This document shows, piece by piece, positions 7,551 to 16,586 of a stretch of 64,000 bases of DNA. The stretch spans positions 4,007 to 68,006 of the forward strand of contig CAVXVG010000005.1 of assembly GCA_963765145.1 (NCBI GenBank), in the 5' to 3' direction. The notes beneath the pieces were generated by a model. The model was not told the origin of the DNA. It was given only the letters and a program-made list of their open reading frames with translations, and ran no database searches. Positions within the stretch are counted from its first letter, which is position 1. Each line of letters opens with the position of its first letter. A program made the translations under genes and the position numbers. Source of the stretch: Parachlamydiales bacterium. Lineage in GTDB: Bacteria > Chlamydiota > Chlamydiia > Chlamydiales > JAJFMK01.

Positions 7551-10500
7551 TTATGAAGTGAGTTGGTCGATGGCGGCCACGAGAGAAGCGGGGGTCATGG
7601 CTTTAGGTAAGAAAGTTTTCCGGTCAACTAGATCTTTCCCCACTTTTTTCTGAGCAGTAATGGTGAATTTTTCAATTTTGATCAAAGGACATTTGCGTGT
7701 TGCGCCAAAAACTCTCGCTTTAGAAAGGGCCAAGAGCCATTCGGCCTCTGAAGGCAGTGGACCAAAACGGTCAGCAAGCTCTTCTCCGATCGAATCAATT
7801 TCGTTGATCGCAACCGCGTCGCCAAGTCTTCGGTAGAGGTCGAGCCGAAGGGTAACATTGGGGACATAAAGCTCCGGCAATTTGGCGTTCAAAGAGGTAT
7901 CGACTTTGCAGTCGATCAAGCTTTTTGGGCCTTCCCCTTTTAGGGCGTGGATGGTCCGTTTCAATAATTTGCAATAGAGGTGAAAGCCAACAGACGAGAC
8001 ATCGCCCGACTGCTCTGTGCCTAGAAGGTCGCCGGCTCCTCGAAGTTCTAAATCTCGCAAGGCTACTTTTAATCCTCCTCCATGTCCAGAGGTGTTGACT
8101 AAAGCATCCAACCGTTTTTTGGAAATTTCAGGTAACCGCTCGATTTTGCGGACAAAAAAGTAACAAAAAGCCTTTCTGTTCCATCTTCCAACTCTTCCTC
8201 TCAGTTGATAAAGGTCGGCAATTCCAAATGTGTCTGCTCGGTCGATAATGATAGTATTAGCATTGGGGATGTCAATGCCGCTTTCTACAATGGTTGTGGA
8301 GACCAAAATGTCGGCATCACCTTTTTTGAAGGTGTGGAAAATTTGATCGATCTCGTCGTTTGATAACTGACCATGTCCAACGATGATTCTGGCTTCAGGA
8401 ACCAATTTTTTTAAGTGGGCTGCCACATCAAAAATGGTTTCCACCCTATTGTGGATGAAATAGGCCTGTCCACCCCGGTTAAGCTCCCTCCTTAACGCTG
8501 TTTGAATCATGATGTCGTTTGGTTCGACCAAAAACGATTGGATCGGCAGCCGGTCTTGCGGAGGGGTCTTAATTTCAGAAATATCACGCACCCCAATGAG
8601 GCTCATGTAGAGAGTGCGGGGAATCGGGGTGGCGGAAAGGGTTAAACAATCGACGCCTGCCCGCATTTTTTTGAGGTGCTCTTTGGCTTTGACCCCAAAC
8701 CGTTGCTCTTCATCGATGATTACAAGACCAAGATCTTTAAAGCCGATATCTTCCCCAATGATCCGGTGTGTGCCGATCAGAATGTCGATCGACCCCTTTT
8801 TTACCGATTCGATGATCTCTTTTCGCTCTTTGGGCTTAACAAAGCGGGACAGATGGGCCACACGGAGGGGAAAGCCCAACATCCTTTCGGTGAAGTTTTC
8901 GTAATGTTGCAGAGCCAGAAGGGTAGTAGGAACTAGGACGGCGACCTGTTTGCCCCCTTCTATAGCCTTGAAAGCGGCCCGCATCGCTACTTCTGTTTTT
9001 CCATACCCTACATCGCCTGAAATCAACCGATCCATCGGTTCGGGATCCTGCATATCCTTTTTGATGTCGGCAATCGCAGATAGCTGATCTTCTGTCTCGA
9101 TGTAGGGGAACGCATGTTCAAAAGCGATCATCTCTTCATCATCCGGCGGGAAGGCAAAACCCCCTTCAATTTCCCTTTTGGCATAGAGCTGGAGCAGATC
9201 GTTGGCATAACCAAAAATTTCACGCTCTGTTTTTTCTTTGATATGTCTCCATTTGGGAGAGCCAATTTCAGAAAGGCGAGGAGTCGATTGATCAACACCG
9301 ATATAGCGAGAAACGAGGTGAGACTGATGGAGGGGAACGTAAAGTTTTCCTGCTTGAGCATATTCCAGAATCAAAAATTCGGTTTCGACTCCTTCATGGT
9401 TCGGCTGTTTTGCAAACCCTATAAACTTTCCAATCCCATGGTTAAGGTGGACCACCAAGTCGCCCGGATCAAATTCTTCCAGTAGAAGCTCGTTTGAATG
9501 GCGGGTTGACCTTTGCCTTTTCCTTCGGATCTTTGGTCGATTGGTCCACTCGGCAAAAGGGAAAAGAACATCTCCCTTTTTGCCGTCGACGAGCCCTTCC
9601 GATAAATAGCCTCTGTTAAAAGTGTAGGGCATTTTTGGAGATAAAGAACAAAAAGCTTCTCCAAGTAGCTTATCCTCTCGGTCGCTCTCGGTAAGGAAGG
9701 TAATCGAAATAGGGGCAGGAGGGGAAAGGAGGTCAGTTAAAAGCCGGTCTCCCGCGACATCTTCATCGACTGCTAAAAAATCGCGCAGTCGTTGGTAAGG
9801 GTGGTGATAGGCAAAGGCGGTAAAAGGGCGGCCAAAGGCCTCGAAAGTCACCTGGCTGGCACGCCGTTGTACAGTTGACAAGGCTTCTAACGATTGATCT
9901 GTCAGAAAAATTTTCTGCAGGTCATTGGCTTCGTTCAGAAACTGTTCAAAGGTAATCAGGTGAACCGGTGAGGGCCCAATCAAGCTTTTAAGTTGCACCC
10001 ATCTTTCTTCCATCTCCTCAATGTCATCGAAAATAATCAGTGGAGGCTTTTGAAAGCTATGAAGCAGCGATACCTCATCCCCTTTATTCAACATTTCTCG
10101 CTCGATGGCAGGAAAGAGGGTAAAAGAGGGCAGTTTTTCAATCGAACGTTGGCCAAGTGGATCAAACCGACGGATCGATTCAACCTTCCCTTCCCAAAAT
10201 TCCATCCGGATAGGGTCGGCGCATGTACTTGGGAAAAGGTCGATAACCCCACGTCGGCGAGAAAATTCGCCCTTGTCGGCGGTTAAAAGGACCTCTTGGT
10301 AACCAAAGCGTTGCAGCGTCTCGACAAAGGCCTTTTCATCTAGTTCTTGTCCCGTTTTAATTGGAAGCTCAAGAGTAGAAAGCTTGTGACGGGGCAGTAC
10401 TTTTTGCAAAAGACCTTGCAAATTGGTCACCACAAGCGGCTTTGGGTCTTTGGCAATTTTTTTAAGCACTTCAAAGCGCTCGCCGACCACGTCGGCCGAA

Positions 10501-10730
10501 GGGGAAATCTCTTCTGTCGGCAACGTTTCCCAGGCCGGCAATTCCAAAATAGGGCAAGAAGCAAAATAGGGGAGATCTAGAAGCATCCCGCCCTCTTTGT
10601 CGCCCAAATTGGAGACGATCAATACAGGTCTGTCTGTCAAGTCATAAGCAAGGGCTGCCAATAAGGCCTTCGGAGTGCTCCAAAGGTCTGAAATGACAAC
10701 CGATTGACCAGCCAGGATCGCTTCCTTCAT
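7551..10730 (-). CDS. mfd: Transcription-repair coupling factor
   Basis: Helicase motifs GDVGYGKTEVAMRA and IIDEEQRFG, plus the TRCF C-terminal region. Start placed at ATG 10730 (MKEAILAGQ) because the 20 upstream codons of the track ORF run towards and partly into the repeat at 10750-10988. Confidence 0.93.
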   Translation of the reverse strand: MKEAILAGQSVVISDLWSTPKALLAALAYDLTDRPVLIVSNLGDKEGGMLLDLPYFASCPILELPAWETLPTEEISPSADVVGERFEVLKKIAKDPKPLVVTNLQGLLQKVLPRHKLSTLELPIKTGQELDEKAFVETLQRFGYQEVLLTADKGEFSRRRGVIDLFPSTCADPIRMEFWEGKVESIRRFDPLGQRSIEKLPSFTLFPAIEREMLNKGDEVSLLHSFQKPPLIIFDDIEEMEERWVQLKSLIGPSPVHLITFEQFLNEANDLQKIFLTDQSLEALSTVQRRASQVTFEAFGRPFTAFAYHHPYQRLRDFLAVDEDVAGDRLLTDLLSPPAPISITFLTESDREDKLLGEAFCSLSPKMPYTFNRGYLSEGLVDGKKGDVLFPFAEWTNRPKIRRKRQRSTRHSNELLLEEFDPGDLVVHLNHGIGKFIGFAKQPNHEGVETEFLILEYAQAGKLYVPLHQSHLVSRYIGVDQSTPRLSEIGSPKWRHIKEKTEREIFGYANDLLQLYAKREIEGGFAFPPDDEEMIAFEHAFPYIETEDQLSAIADIKKDMQDPEPMDRLISGDVGYGKTEVAMRAAFKAIEGGKQVAVLVPTTLLALQHYENFTERMLGFPLRVAHLSRFVKPKERKEIIESVKKGSIDILIGTHRIIGEDIGFKDLGLVIIDEEQRFGVKAKEHLKKMRAGVDCLTLSATPIPRTLYMSLIGVRDISEIKTPPQDRLPIQSFLVEPNDIMIQTALRRELNRGGQAYFIHNRVETIFDVAAHLKKLVPEARIIVGHGQLSNDEIDQIFHTFKKGDADILVSTTIVESGIDIPNANTIIIDRADTFGIADLYQLRGRVGRWNRKAFCYFFVRKIERLPEISKKRLDALVNTSGHGGGLKVALRDLELRGAGDLLGTEQSGDVSSVGFHLYCKLLKRTIHALKGEGPKSLIDCKVDTSLNAKLPELYVPNVTLRLDLYRRLGDAVAINEIDSIGEELADRFGPLPSEAEWLLALSKARVFGATRKCPLIKIEKFTITAQKKVGKDLVDRKTFLPKAMTPASLVAAIDQLTS

Positions 10731-10749
10731 CTGCAACTCATTAAAATAA

Positions 10750-10988
10750 ACCACAGAGGCACAGAGATCACAGAGGAAATATGAGAGCAATGAGAGAGAC
10801 TGCTGCTATACATTTTAACTTTTTTTCTTTGTGTATCTTTATCTTCGTGTCTTTGTGTCTTCGTGTTTAATTTTTTTAAAATGGTTGGAACACAAAGACA
10901 CGAAGGCACAAAGAAAGAAGGATGCTTCCTACGAGCAATACACTCACTGCTCTCAATCTTTCTCTGTGATCTCAGTGCCTCTGTGGTG
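10750..10988. repeat. Nested hairpin repeat (cacagag family with inner cacaaag hairpin)
   Basis: Outer arms are ccacagaggcacagagatcacagagg / cctctgtgatctcagtgcctctgtgg. An inner palindrome lies at about 10826-10918 (ctttgtgtcttcgtgtt...aacacaaagacacgaaggcacaaag). Confidence 0.85.
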
Positions 10989-10998
10989 AAATGAAAAA

Positions 10999-13596
10999 TC
11001 ATTCGATGAGGCTCAAAAACAGTTTGGAAGCCTCTTCAAAGCGGCCCCGATTCTTCATCACACCCTGGGCAAGGTTTGGGCGTCCACCCGCGCTGCCGTC
11101 GACGACCGCAGCTACTTTTTTGAGGAGATCGGCGGCGTTGTGCCCTTTTGCAACCAACTCTTCGTTGATCCTTAAGATGAGGGGAGAAACTTGCCCCTCT
11201 TTTGTTGTGATCAAAAAAGCTTGGAAACGTTGATCAGTAGCTAAAAGTTCGGCCACCTCTTTCAATTCGTCTTGAGAAACGTCAAACGTGGTAACAAGAG
11301 TTTTTTGAGCAGGCAAAGCTTGAAGCAGGTTTTTTAATTCCAATCGCTTAGCCTCTTTTAAATCTTTTTGAAGATTTTTGTTTTCCTCAAGCAGCGATTT
11401 TACTTTGGTGACGAGTGTTGGACCAGACCCTTTCAACAACTCTTCAAGGGCAAGAAGGGTTGCCTCTGCATTGCGGTAGTGCAACAGGGCTTCTTCTCCG
11501 GTCACCGCTTCGATCCGGCGGACGCCGGAAGCGATGCTCCCCTCTTTTACAATTTTTAAAAGGCCTAAAGTCCCCGTTGATTGGGCGTGTGTTCCCCCGC
11601 ACAGTTCGATTGAAGGGCCCATTTGGACAACACGAACTTTTTCACCATACTTTTCGCCAAAAAATTGCTTAATATCAGAACGTCCTTTGACAGCATTGTA
11701 GGCTAATTCTTCCGTTTTAACAGGAACGTTTTGCAAAATCAGCCGATTGATGATCCCTTCAATAGAGGCAATTTCTTCGGAGGTCAACGGTTTATGGTGG
11801 TTGAAGTCGAAACGGAACCGTTCTCCTTCTACCAAAGAACCGGCCTGTTTGATGTGGTCGCCCAACACTTGAGCCAACGCATAGTGAAGCAGATGAGTTG
11901 CCGAGTGGTTTTTTTCCACTTTTCGACGATTTTGGGCATCAAGCGTAGCAGAGATGGTTTCATTAGCCTCTAAAGAGCCCTCTTTCATGACGCCGTAGTG
12001 GAAAGTTAAACCTGTAAAGGGGGATTTTGTCGTCTGAACTTGAAAACGTCCGGTTTTGCATTCAAGCAACCCTTTATCGCCCGATTGTCCACCCATCTCT
12101 GCATAAAAAGGGGTTTGATCAAGCAAAACGGCCCCTTCATCCCCTTCTGAAAGGCGATCGACAAGCTCTCCGTTTTTCATCAAAGCGACAATTTTTCCTG
12201 TCGAGTGGTCGTGACCATAACCGGTGAAGGTGGTCGCCCCTGCTTTATTCAGAAGCTGTTGGTAGACCTGGGATGAAACTTCTTGGCTGGTTGTCTTTTG
12301 GCTTTGTTTCGACCTTTCACGTGCCTCTTTTTCAAGCACGGCAAACCCATCTAGGTCTACTTTAAGGTTACTATCTTTGGCTAAAAGGACGATCTCATCA
12401 ACCGGCAGGCCGTAAGTATCTTTAAGCTTAAAAGCATCAGAGCCCGAAATCAGATGAGAGGCACCGGCATTTTCGATCACTTCTCGTAAGAGGTTGCCGC
12501 CTCGCTTGAGGGTGCGGAAAAAACCTTCTTCTTCTTGTGTCAATACGTCGGCGATGATCGACTGGTGTTTTTTAAGTTCAGGATAGTCTTCGCCCATCTC
12601 TGCAACTAAAGTAGGCAAAATGTCGGCTAGGAAAGGTTTTTCGAAGCCTAAATTTTTTCCATAACGTACGGCCCGTCTCAACACTTTACGTAAGACATAG
12701 CCCCGGTCGACGTTGCCGGGCTGAACCCCGTCTGCAATAGCAAAAGATAGTGTTCTTAGATGGTCGGCGATCACACGGAAAGCAGGAGCTAATTTATCGT
12801 CATCGGCTTTGTAGACAAGGCCGGAGTGCTTTTCAATTCCGTTAATTAAACTGCGCAAAATATCTGTTTCAAAAACAGTGTCAACACCGCTCTTGAGCAT
12901 CATGACTCTTTCAAGGCCACTACCGGTGTCGATGGAAGGGTTTGGAAGGGGGTGTAAAACGCCATCCTGCGTCCGGTTGTACTGCATGAACACCAAGTTC
13001 CAAAACTCGATGAACCGATCGCCTGTTGGGTCATCTTTAGGAGAGGTCCCGGAACCATAAGCGTCACCTCTGTCGAGATAAAGCTCGGAGCATGGACCGC
13101 ATGGGCCGGTTTCACCCATCGCCCAGAAGTTGTCTTTTTCTCCCATTCTGACGATGCGGGAGGCAGGGACATAACGGGTCCAAAGCTTAAAAGCCTCTTC
13201 ATCGGTTTCAAAAACTGAAGGCCAAATTTTTTCTGCAGGAAAGCCGAAAATTTCAGTAGCTACTTCCCAAGCGTAGGCAATGGCAGCCTCTTTGAAATAA
13301 TCGCCAAACGAGAAGTTGCCCAACATTTCAAAGAAGGTGAGGTGCCTTGCGGTATGACCTACGTTTTCTAAGTCGTTGTGTTTGCCCCCGACCCGTAAAC
13401 ATTTTTGGCTTGTCACGGCCCTCTTGTAAGAGGCTTGACGATGTCCCAAAAATAAATCTTTAAATTGATTCATTCCTGCATTGGTAAACAACAAAGTTGG
13501 GTCGTCATGCGGCAAAAGAGGAGAAGAGGGAAGAAGCGTATGTCCACGCTCTTGGAAATAGTGGAGATAATTCTCCCGAGTTTTTTGGCTGTCCAT
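10999..13596 (-). CDS. alaS: Alanine--tRNA ligase
   Basis: FTNAGMNQFK, HLTFFEMLGNFSFGDYFK, editing-domain HSATHLLH and a C-terminal DHHA1-like region. Full length, 865 aa. Confidence 0.96.
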   Translation of the reverse strand: MDSQKTRENYLHYFQERGHTLLPSSPLLPHDDPTLLFTNAGMNQFKDLFLGHRQASYKRAVTSQKCLRVGGKHNDLENVGHTARHLTFFEMLGNFSFGDYFKEAAIAYAWEVATEIFGFPAEKIWPSVFETDEEAFKLWTRYVPASRIVRMGEKDNFWAMGETGPCGPCSELYLDRGDAYGSGTSPKDDPTGDRFIEFWNLVFMQYNRTQDGVLHPLPNPSIDTGSGLERVMMLKSGVDTVFETDILRSLINGIEKHSGLVYKADDDKLAPAFRVIADHLRTLSFAIADGVQPGNVDRGYVLRKVLRRAVRYGKNLGFEKPFLADILPTLVAEMGEDYPELKKHQSIIADVLTQEEEGFFRTLKRGGNLLREVIENAGASHLISGSDAFKLKDTYGLPVDEIVLLAKDSNLKVDLDGFAVLEKEARERSKQSQKTTSQEVSSQVYQQLLNKAGATTFTGYGHDHSTGKIVALMKNGELVDRLSEGDEGAVLLDQTPFYAEMGGQSGDKGLLECKTGRFQVQTTKSPFTGLTFHYGVMKEGSLEANETISATLDAQNRRKVEKNHSATHLLHYALAQVLGDHIKQAGSLVEGERFRFDFNHHKPLTSEEIASIEGIINRLILQNVPVKTEELAYNAVKGRSDIKQFFGEKYGEKVRVVQMGPSIELCGGTHAQSTGTLGLLKIVKEGSIASGVRRIEAVTGEEALLHYRNAEATLLALEELLKGSGPTLVTKVKSLLEENKNLQKDLKEAKRLELKNLLQALPAQKTLVTTFDVSQDELKEVAELLATDQRFQAFLITTKEGQVSPLILRINEELVAKGHNAADLLKKVAAVVDGSAGGRPNLAQGVMKNRGRFEEASKLFLSLIE

Positions 13597-13686
13597 AGGA
13601 GAAATTGTATCGCAAGCAAACGAAAAATAACAGAGTGAACAGAATGCACGGACAGAAGCATCAACCTAAGGAAAAACATCCTATAA

Positions 13687-13833
13687 ATTTAACAGGGTGA
13701 ACAGGATGACCAGGATAAGCTCTGCCTAATTTCACTCTAGAGTGGTAAATAAAGAGCAAAAAAAGGCTTCATTTAATTAGCGCCTATTGGTGGCGAAGCT
13801 TATCCTGGTCATCCTGTTCACCCTGTTAAATTT
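13687..13833. repeat. MITE-like inverted repeat, family B (arms TTAACAGGGTGAACAGGATGAnCAGGATAAGC)
   Basis: The roughly 40-nt arm atttaacagggtgaacaggatgaccaggataagctctgcc has its reverse complement about 65 nt downstream. Other copies at 22767-22927 and 39811-39966, plus a half copy at 42148-42205. Confidence 0.85.
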
Positions 13834-13855
13834 ATTGGTGTGATGAGCGGAATCG

Positions 13856-14464
13856 TTATTCGATTTGTTCTTTTGTTAAGGAAAATCCCGTGATTGGTGG
13901 GTCGTCATCCCAAAAGCTTAAAGGGGGAGGCGGGGCGTTGAAAAAGGCGTCTTTTTCAAGGAAGCGGTCGACCGCTTCCCGTTCCTCAGTCGAAAATTTA
14001 AATCCGAAGTCTTTCAAATGGTCCCAAGGAACTTTGGTGGGTGCCGGTTGCGAGGATAAAAGGGATTTGCCGTGGACAAAAATTTTTTGTGTGGCATCTT
14101 CCCCGCCTGCAGAGAGGAGGGCTAGCGCCTCGCCGAAGTTGTAAGCCACTCCTAATGCATTGACGCCGATAGCGCTAAATTTTTTCAAACTTAAGCCTAT
14201 CTCTGCGGTGACCGAGGAAAAACGGGGAGAGCTATAATCTGCGTCACTCACTTGATGTACAGCTTTTTGAGAGTTTTGAACGTTTTTTACTGACTCCATC
14301 GTTTTAGCGTAGATAGCAGTTAAAGCGATGATAAGAGCTGCATTTCGTAAAGCCGGATTCCCAAACCACCCATCAATCACACGGCCAAGAGTCATCCATC
14401 CAGGGTTTTGTGTTTGATGGATCACATCGATCCCCACAAAGACTAAAGGCGTTAAACTACTCAT
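13856..14464 (-). CDS. Hypothetical protein (202 aa)
   Basis: ORF with the ATG at 14462-14464 forming an ATGA overlap with the stop of the upstream membrane-protein gene. No recognised motif. Confidence 0.45.
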   Translation of the reverse strand: MSSLTPLVFVGIDVIHQTQNPGWMTLGRVIDGWFGNPALRNAALIIALTAIYAKTMESVKNVQNSQKAVHQVSDADYSSPRFSSVTAEIGLSLKKFSAIGVNALGVAYNFGEALALLSAGGEDATQKIFVHGKSLLSSQPAPTKVPWDHLKDFGFKFSTEEREAVDRFLEKDAFFNAPPPPLSFWDDDPPITGFSLTKEQIE

Positions 14465-15336
14465 TTGATCCAGATGAGCACTGCCGTTAATAGGCAAAGT
14501 GCTGAAATCTCAGATTTTCTAAGTTCTTCTTTTAAAATGAAATACCCTCCTAATGATGCAATCAATGGGGTGCAGTTCAGAATAGGCCATGTTAAATAGG
14601 AATGTGGCTGCCCAAGCGCAAGGAGAAAAGCCCCTTGGGTGAACAGGAAGGCAAATGTCCGAAGAAGGGTCATCGGAATATTCATTGTCGCCATCACCTC
14701 GGCCATCCAAAGAGCCGGGTGTTTGGCTTTGAACAGAAGGGGAATGAACGAATAGACCACCCGGCAGCCTAAGATGGCATTGTTTAGCAGCCAAAACGCC
14801 TCAACAGTTTGTATGCCTCCGTCTTTTGGCAAAAAGACAAACACGACGGCTTGAAAGTTGATGGCAAAAGCGATGGTGATCAGCGAGATCCAAGGAATAT
14901 GTTTGAAAAAGTTGCCATTGCGGATAAACAGGGGGCAAAAGGCAAGAAGGGAGGCAGCGTAAAAAAGATATTCCCTCTCACTCCAGGCTCCAGTGATCGG
15001 CAGCAAACAAAGAGGAATCAATACCTCTCCAATTTTTGACAGGATCATCACCCGTGTGATTTCCATATGCTTAAAAGCAAAGGAAAAACTATAGGAGGCC
15101 AGCTGTATGGCTAAAGCAAAAATCCAAGGTCCCGGCTGCAAAAAGAGGTCGAGAAAGTTTTGCACCGGAAAAAAGATGAGCGAAATGACCAGGCAAAGGA
15201 TAAAGGGGAGGGTGACATTGAAAAGGGCGTTGAGGAACAAATCTTTTGTTTTCATTCCTAAAAGGTAGCGGTCGATAAGGTTGACACCCCCTCTGCAGAA
15301 TGCAGAAAAGAGGGCAACCCAAAGCATGGGATCCAT
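14461..15336 (-). CDS. Polytopic membrane protein (DMT/EamA-like by topology only)
   Basis: About ten hydrophobic segments across 291 aa. Family assignment is tentative. Confidence 0.5.
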   Translation of the reverse strand: MDPMLWVALFSAFCRGGVNLIDRYLLGMKTKDLFLNALFNVTLPFILCLVISLIFFPVQNFLDLFLQPGPWIFALAIQLASYSFSFAFKHMEITRVMILSKIGEVLIPLCLLPITGAWSEREYLFYAASLLAFCPLFIRNGNFFKHIPWISLITIAFAINFQAVVFVFLPKDGGIQTVEAFWLLNNAILGCRVVYSFIPLLFKAKHPALWMAEVMATMNIPMTLLRTFAFLFTQGAFLLALGQPHSYLTWPILNCTPLIASLGGYFILKEELRKSEISALCLLTAVLIWIK

Positions 15337-15550
15337 AAGCGTCTATTATAAATTATATTCTCTATCTCATCCAGAGGATAGGGATTCCTCCATTTATAGC
15401 AAGCTCCACTTTTCCCCGTGCCCTCATTCTATTACCCACAAATTCAACCCTTGCCCGTGCCCTTGCCCGAAAATGAAAAGGCCCGGCTCTTTTAAGTCGT
15501 AGCGTAGTTTGATATACTTAGGCCTTAACTGCGCTGAGGTAAATTAGAAA

Positions 15551-16492
15551 TTGTTGCTGTCTTGTGAAAATGTAGAATTGGTTTCCCCGTTCTTTGACAG
15601 AACGGAGTGTTTGACTTGCTATGAAGCTATCATTTATGCAGGCAAAACAATGAAAGTGATTGTTCCCGAATGTCCGCTTGCCTTGGGTTCTCTAAAAATT
15701 GTTCCTCATTCGCATGCTGAAAGTTTCTCTGAATGGAGTGACTTCAACGAACTAGAAACATACGAGCTTCTTCAAAAAATTGTTCGGATTTGGGAGAAGA
15801 AGGGGATCACTGACTACCTTATTTACGGGAAGGAATCGAATCATTCCAAGTCTATATTTAGCTGGGAAATTGTTCCGTATCCAAAGGATGGATGGAAATT
15901 TTGGAAGCAGTTCAAAGTCTTATGGAACATTGCTTTTGGAAGCCGGTGCTTACCTGAAGTTGAACGGCGTAGGATCGTTAAAGATTTTTTTCTCCAGCCC
16001 CTCACTAATCAAATTGAATCTATCACAAAAATTGCTCAAGGAAACGATGCATTTTGTAATCAAAAAGTTATCGACAAGCAACTAGTTTTTGAAGGGAAGG
16101 AAGTAAATGTCCTTTATGATTATGCCCCTATAGGAATTGGTGAAGAGAAGCTCCATTTCTTGATAGTCCCGAAGCTACACCGTTTAAAATTTTCTGATTT
16201 AACAGAAACAGAATATTTGGAAGCCATGCAGTTATCGCAAAAGTTGATCAGCTTTTACAAAGATAAAGGCTGTCACACTGCTTACCTTTTTGATAAAACA
16301 GGTGCTGAGGCTGGGCAATCGGTGCCCCATTGGCACGAGCATCTCATCTTTGCAGCTACGAAAACCCAAGAACTTTTCGGTAAGTTGACTATTTTAAAAA
16401 ATATGCTTATTGGCTCTTCTCCTCTTTCTGAAAAAGAACTTCAAGCTCGCGTTCAGTCATTGCAAAATGAACTGAAGGAAGCTTTAAGTTAG
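15551..16492 (+). CDS. Tandem HIT-fold protein (degenerate N-terminal HIT + intact C-terminal HIT)
   Basis: The C-terminal half carries the histidine triad SVPHWHEHLIF after HFLIVPKLH. The N-terminal half keeps the fold pattern (CLTC..., LKIVPHSH) but FSWEIVPY replaces the triad. The track start is a TTG; the next ATG is at 15650-15652. Confidence 0.65.
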   Translation: MLLSCENVELVSPFFDRTECLTCYEAIIYAGKTMKVIVPECPLALGSLKIVPHSHAESFSEWSDFNELETYELLQKIVRIWEKKGITDYLIYGKESNHSKSIFSWEIVPYPKDGWKFWKQFKVLWNIAFGSRCLPEVERRRIVKDFFLQPLTNQIESITKIAQGNDAFCNQKVIDKQLVFEGKEVNVLYDYAPIGIGEEKLHFLIVPKLHRLKFSDLTETEYLEAMQLSQKLISFYKDKGCHTAYLFDKTGAEAGQSVPHWHEHLIFAATKTQELFGKLTILKNMLIGSSPLSEKELQARVQSLQNELKEALS

Positions 16493-16534
16493 TAAGAGCG
16501 TGGCCCTAAGCTACGTTTTTAGATAAACAAGGAA

Positions 16535-16584
16535 AAATTCGAACTAAAAAAAACGCACTTCGTGCGTTTTATCATGAGCAGGCC
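16535..16584. repeat. Direct repeat DR4, copy a
   Basis: aaattcgaactaaaaaaaacgcacttcgtgcgttttatcatgagcaggcc recurs at 18289-18339. Confidence 0.8.
16546..16570. terminator. Bidirectional intrinsic terminator hairpin between convergent HIT and BTB genes
   Basis: aaaacgcac-ttc-gtgcgtttt, flanked by an A-run and a T-run. Confidence 0.6.
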
Positions 16585-16586
16585 CT

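Noticed and set aside
10727-11002. A 91-aa ORF, and the 20-codon N-terminal extension of mfd (10731-10790).
   Set aside because: The 91-aa ORF is composed almost entirely of the cacagag/cacaaag hairpin repeat, and the mfd extension reads into its edge. The conserved mfd N-terminus begins at the ATG at 10730.
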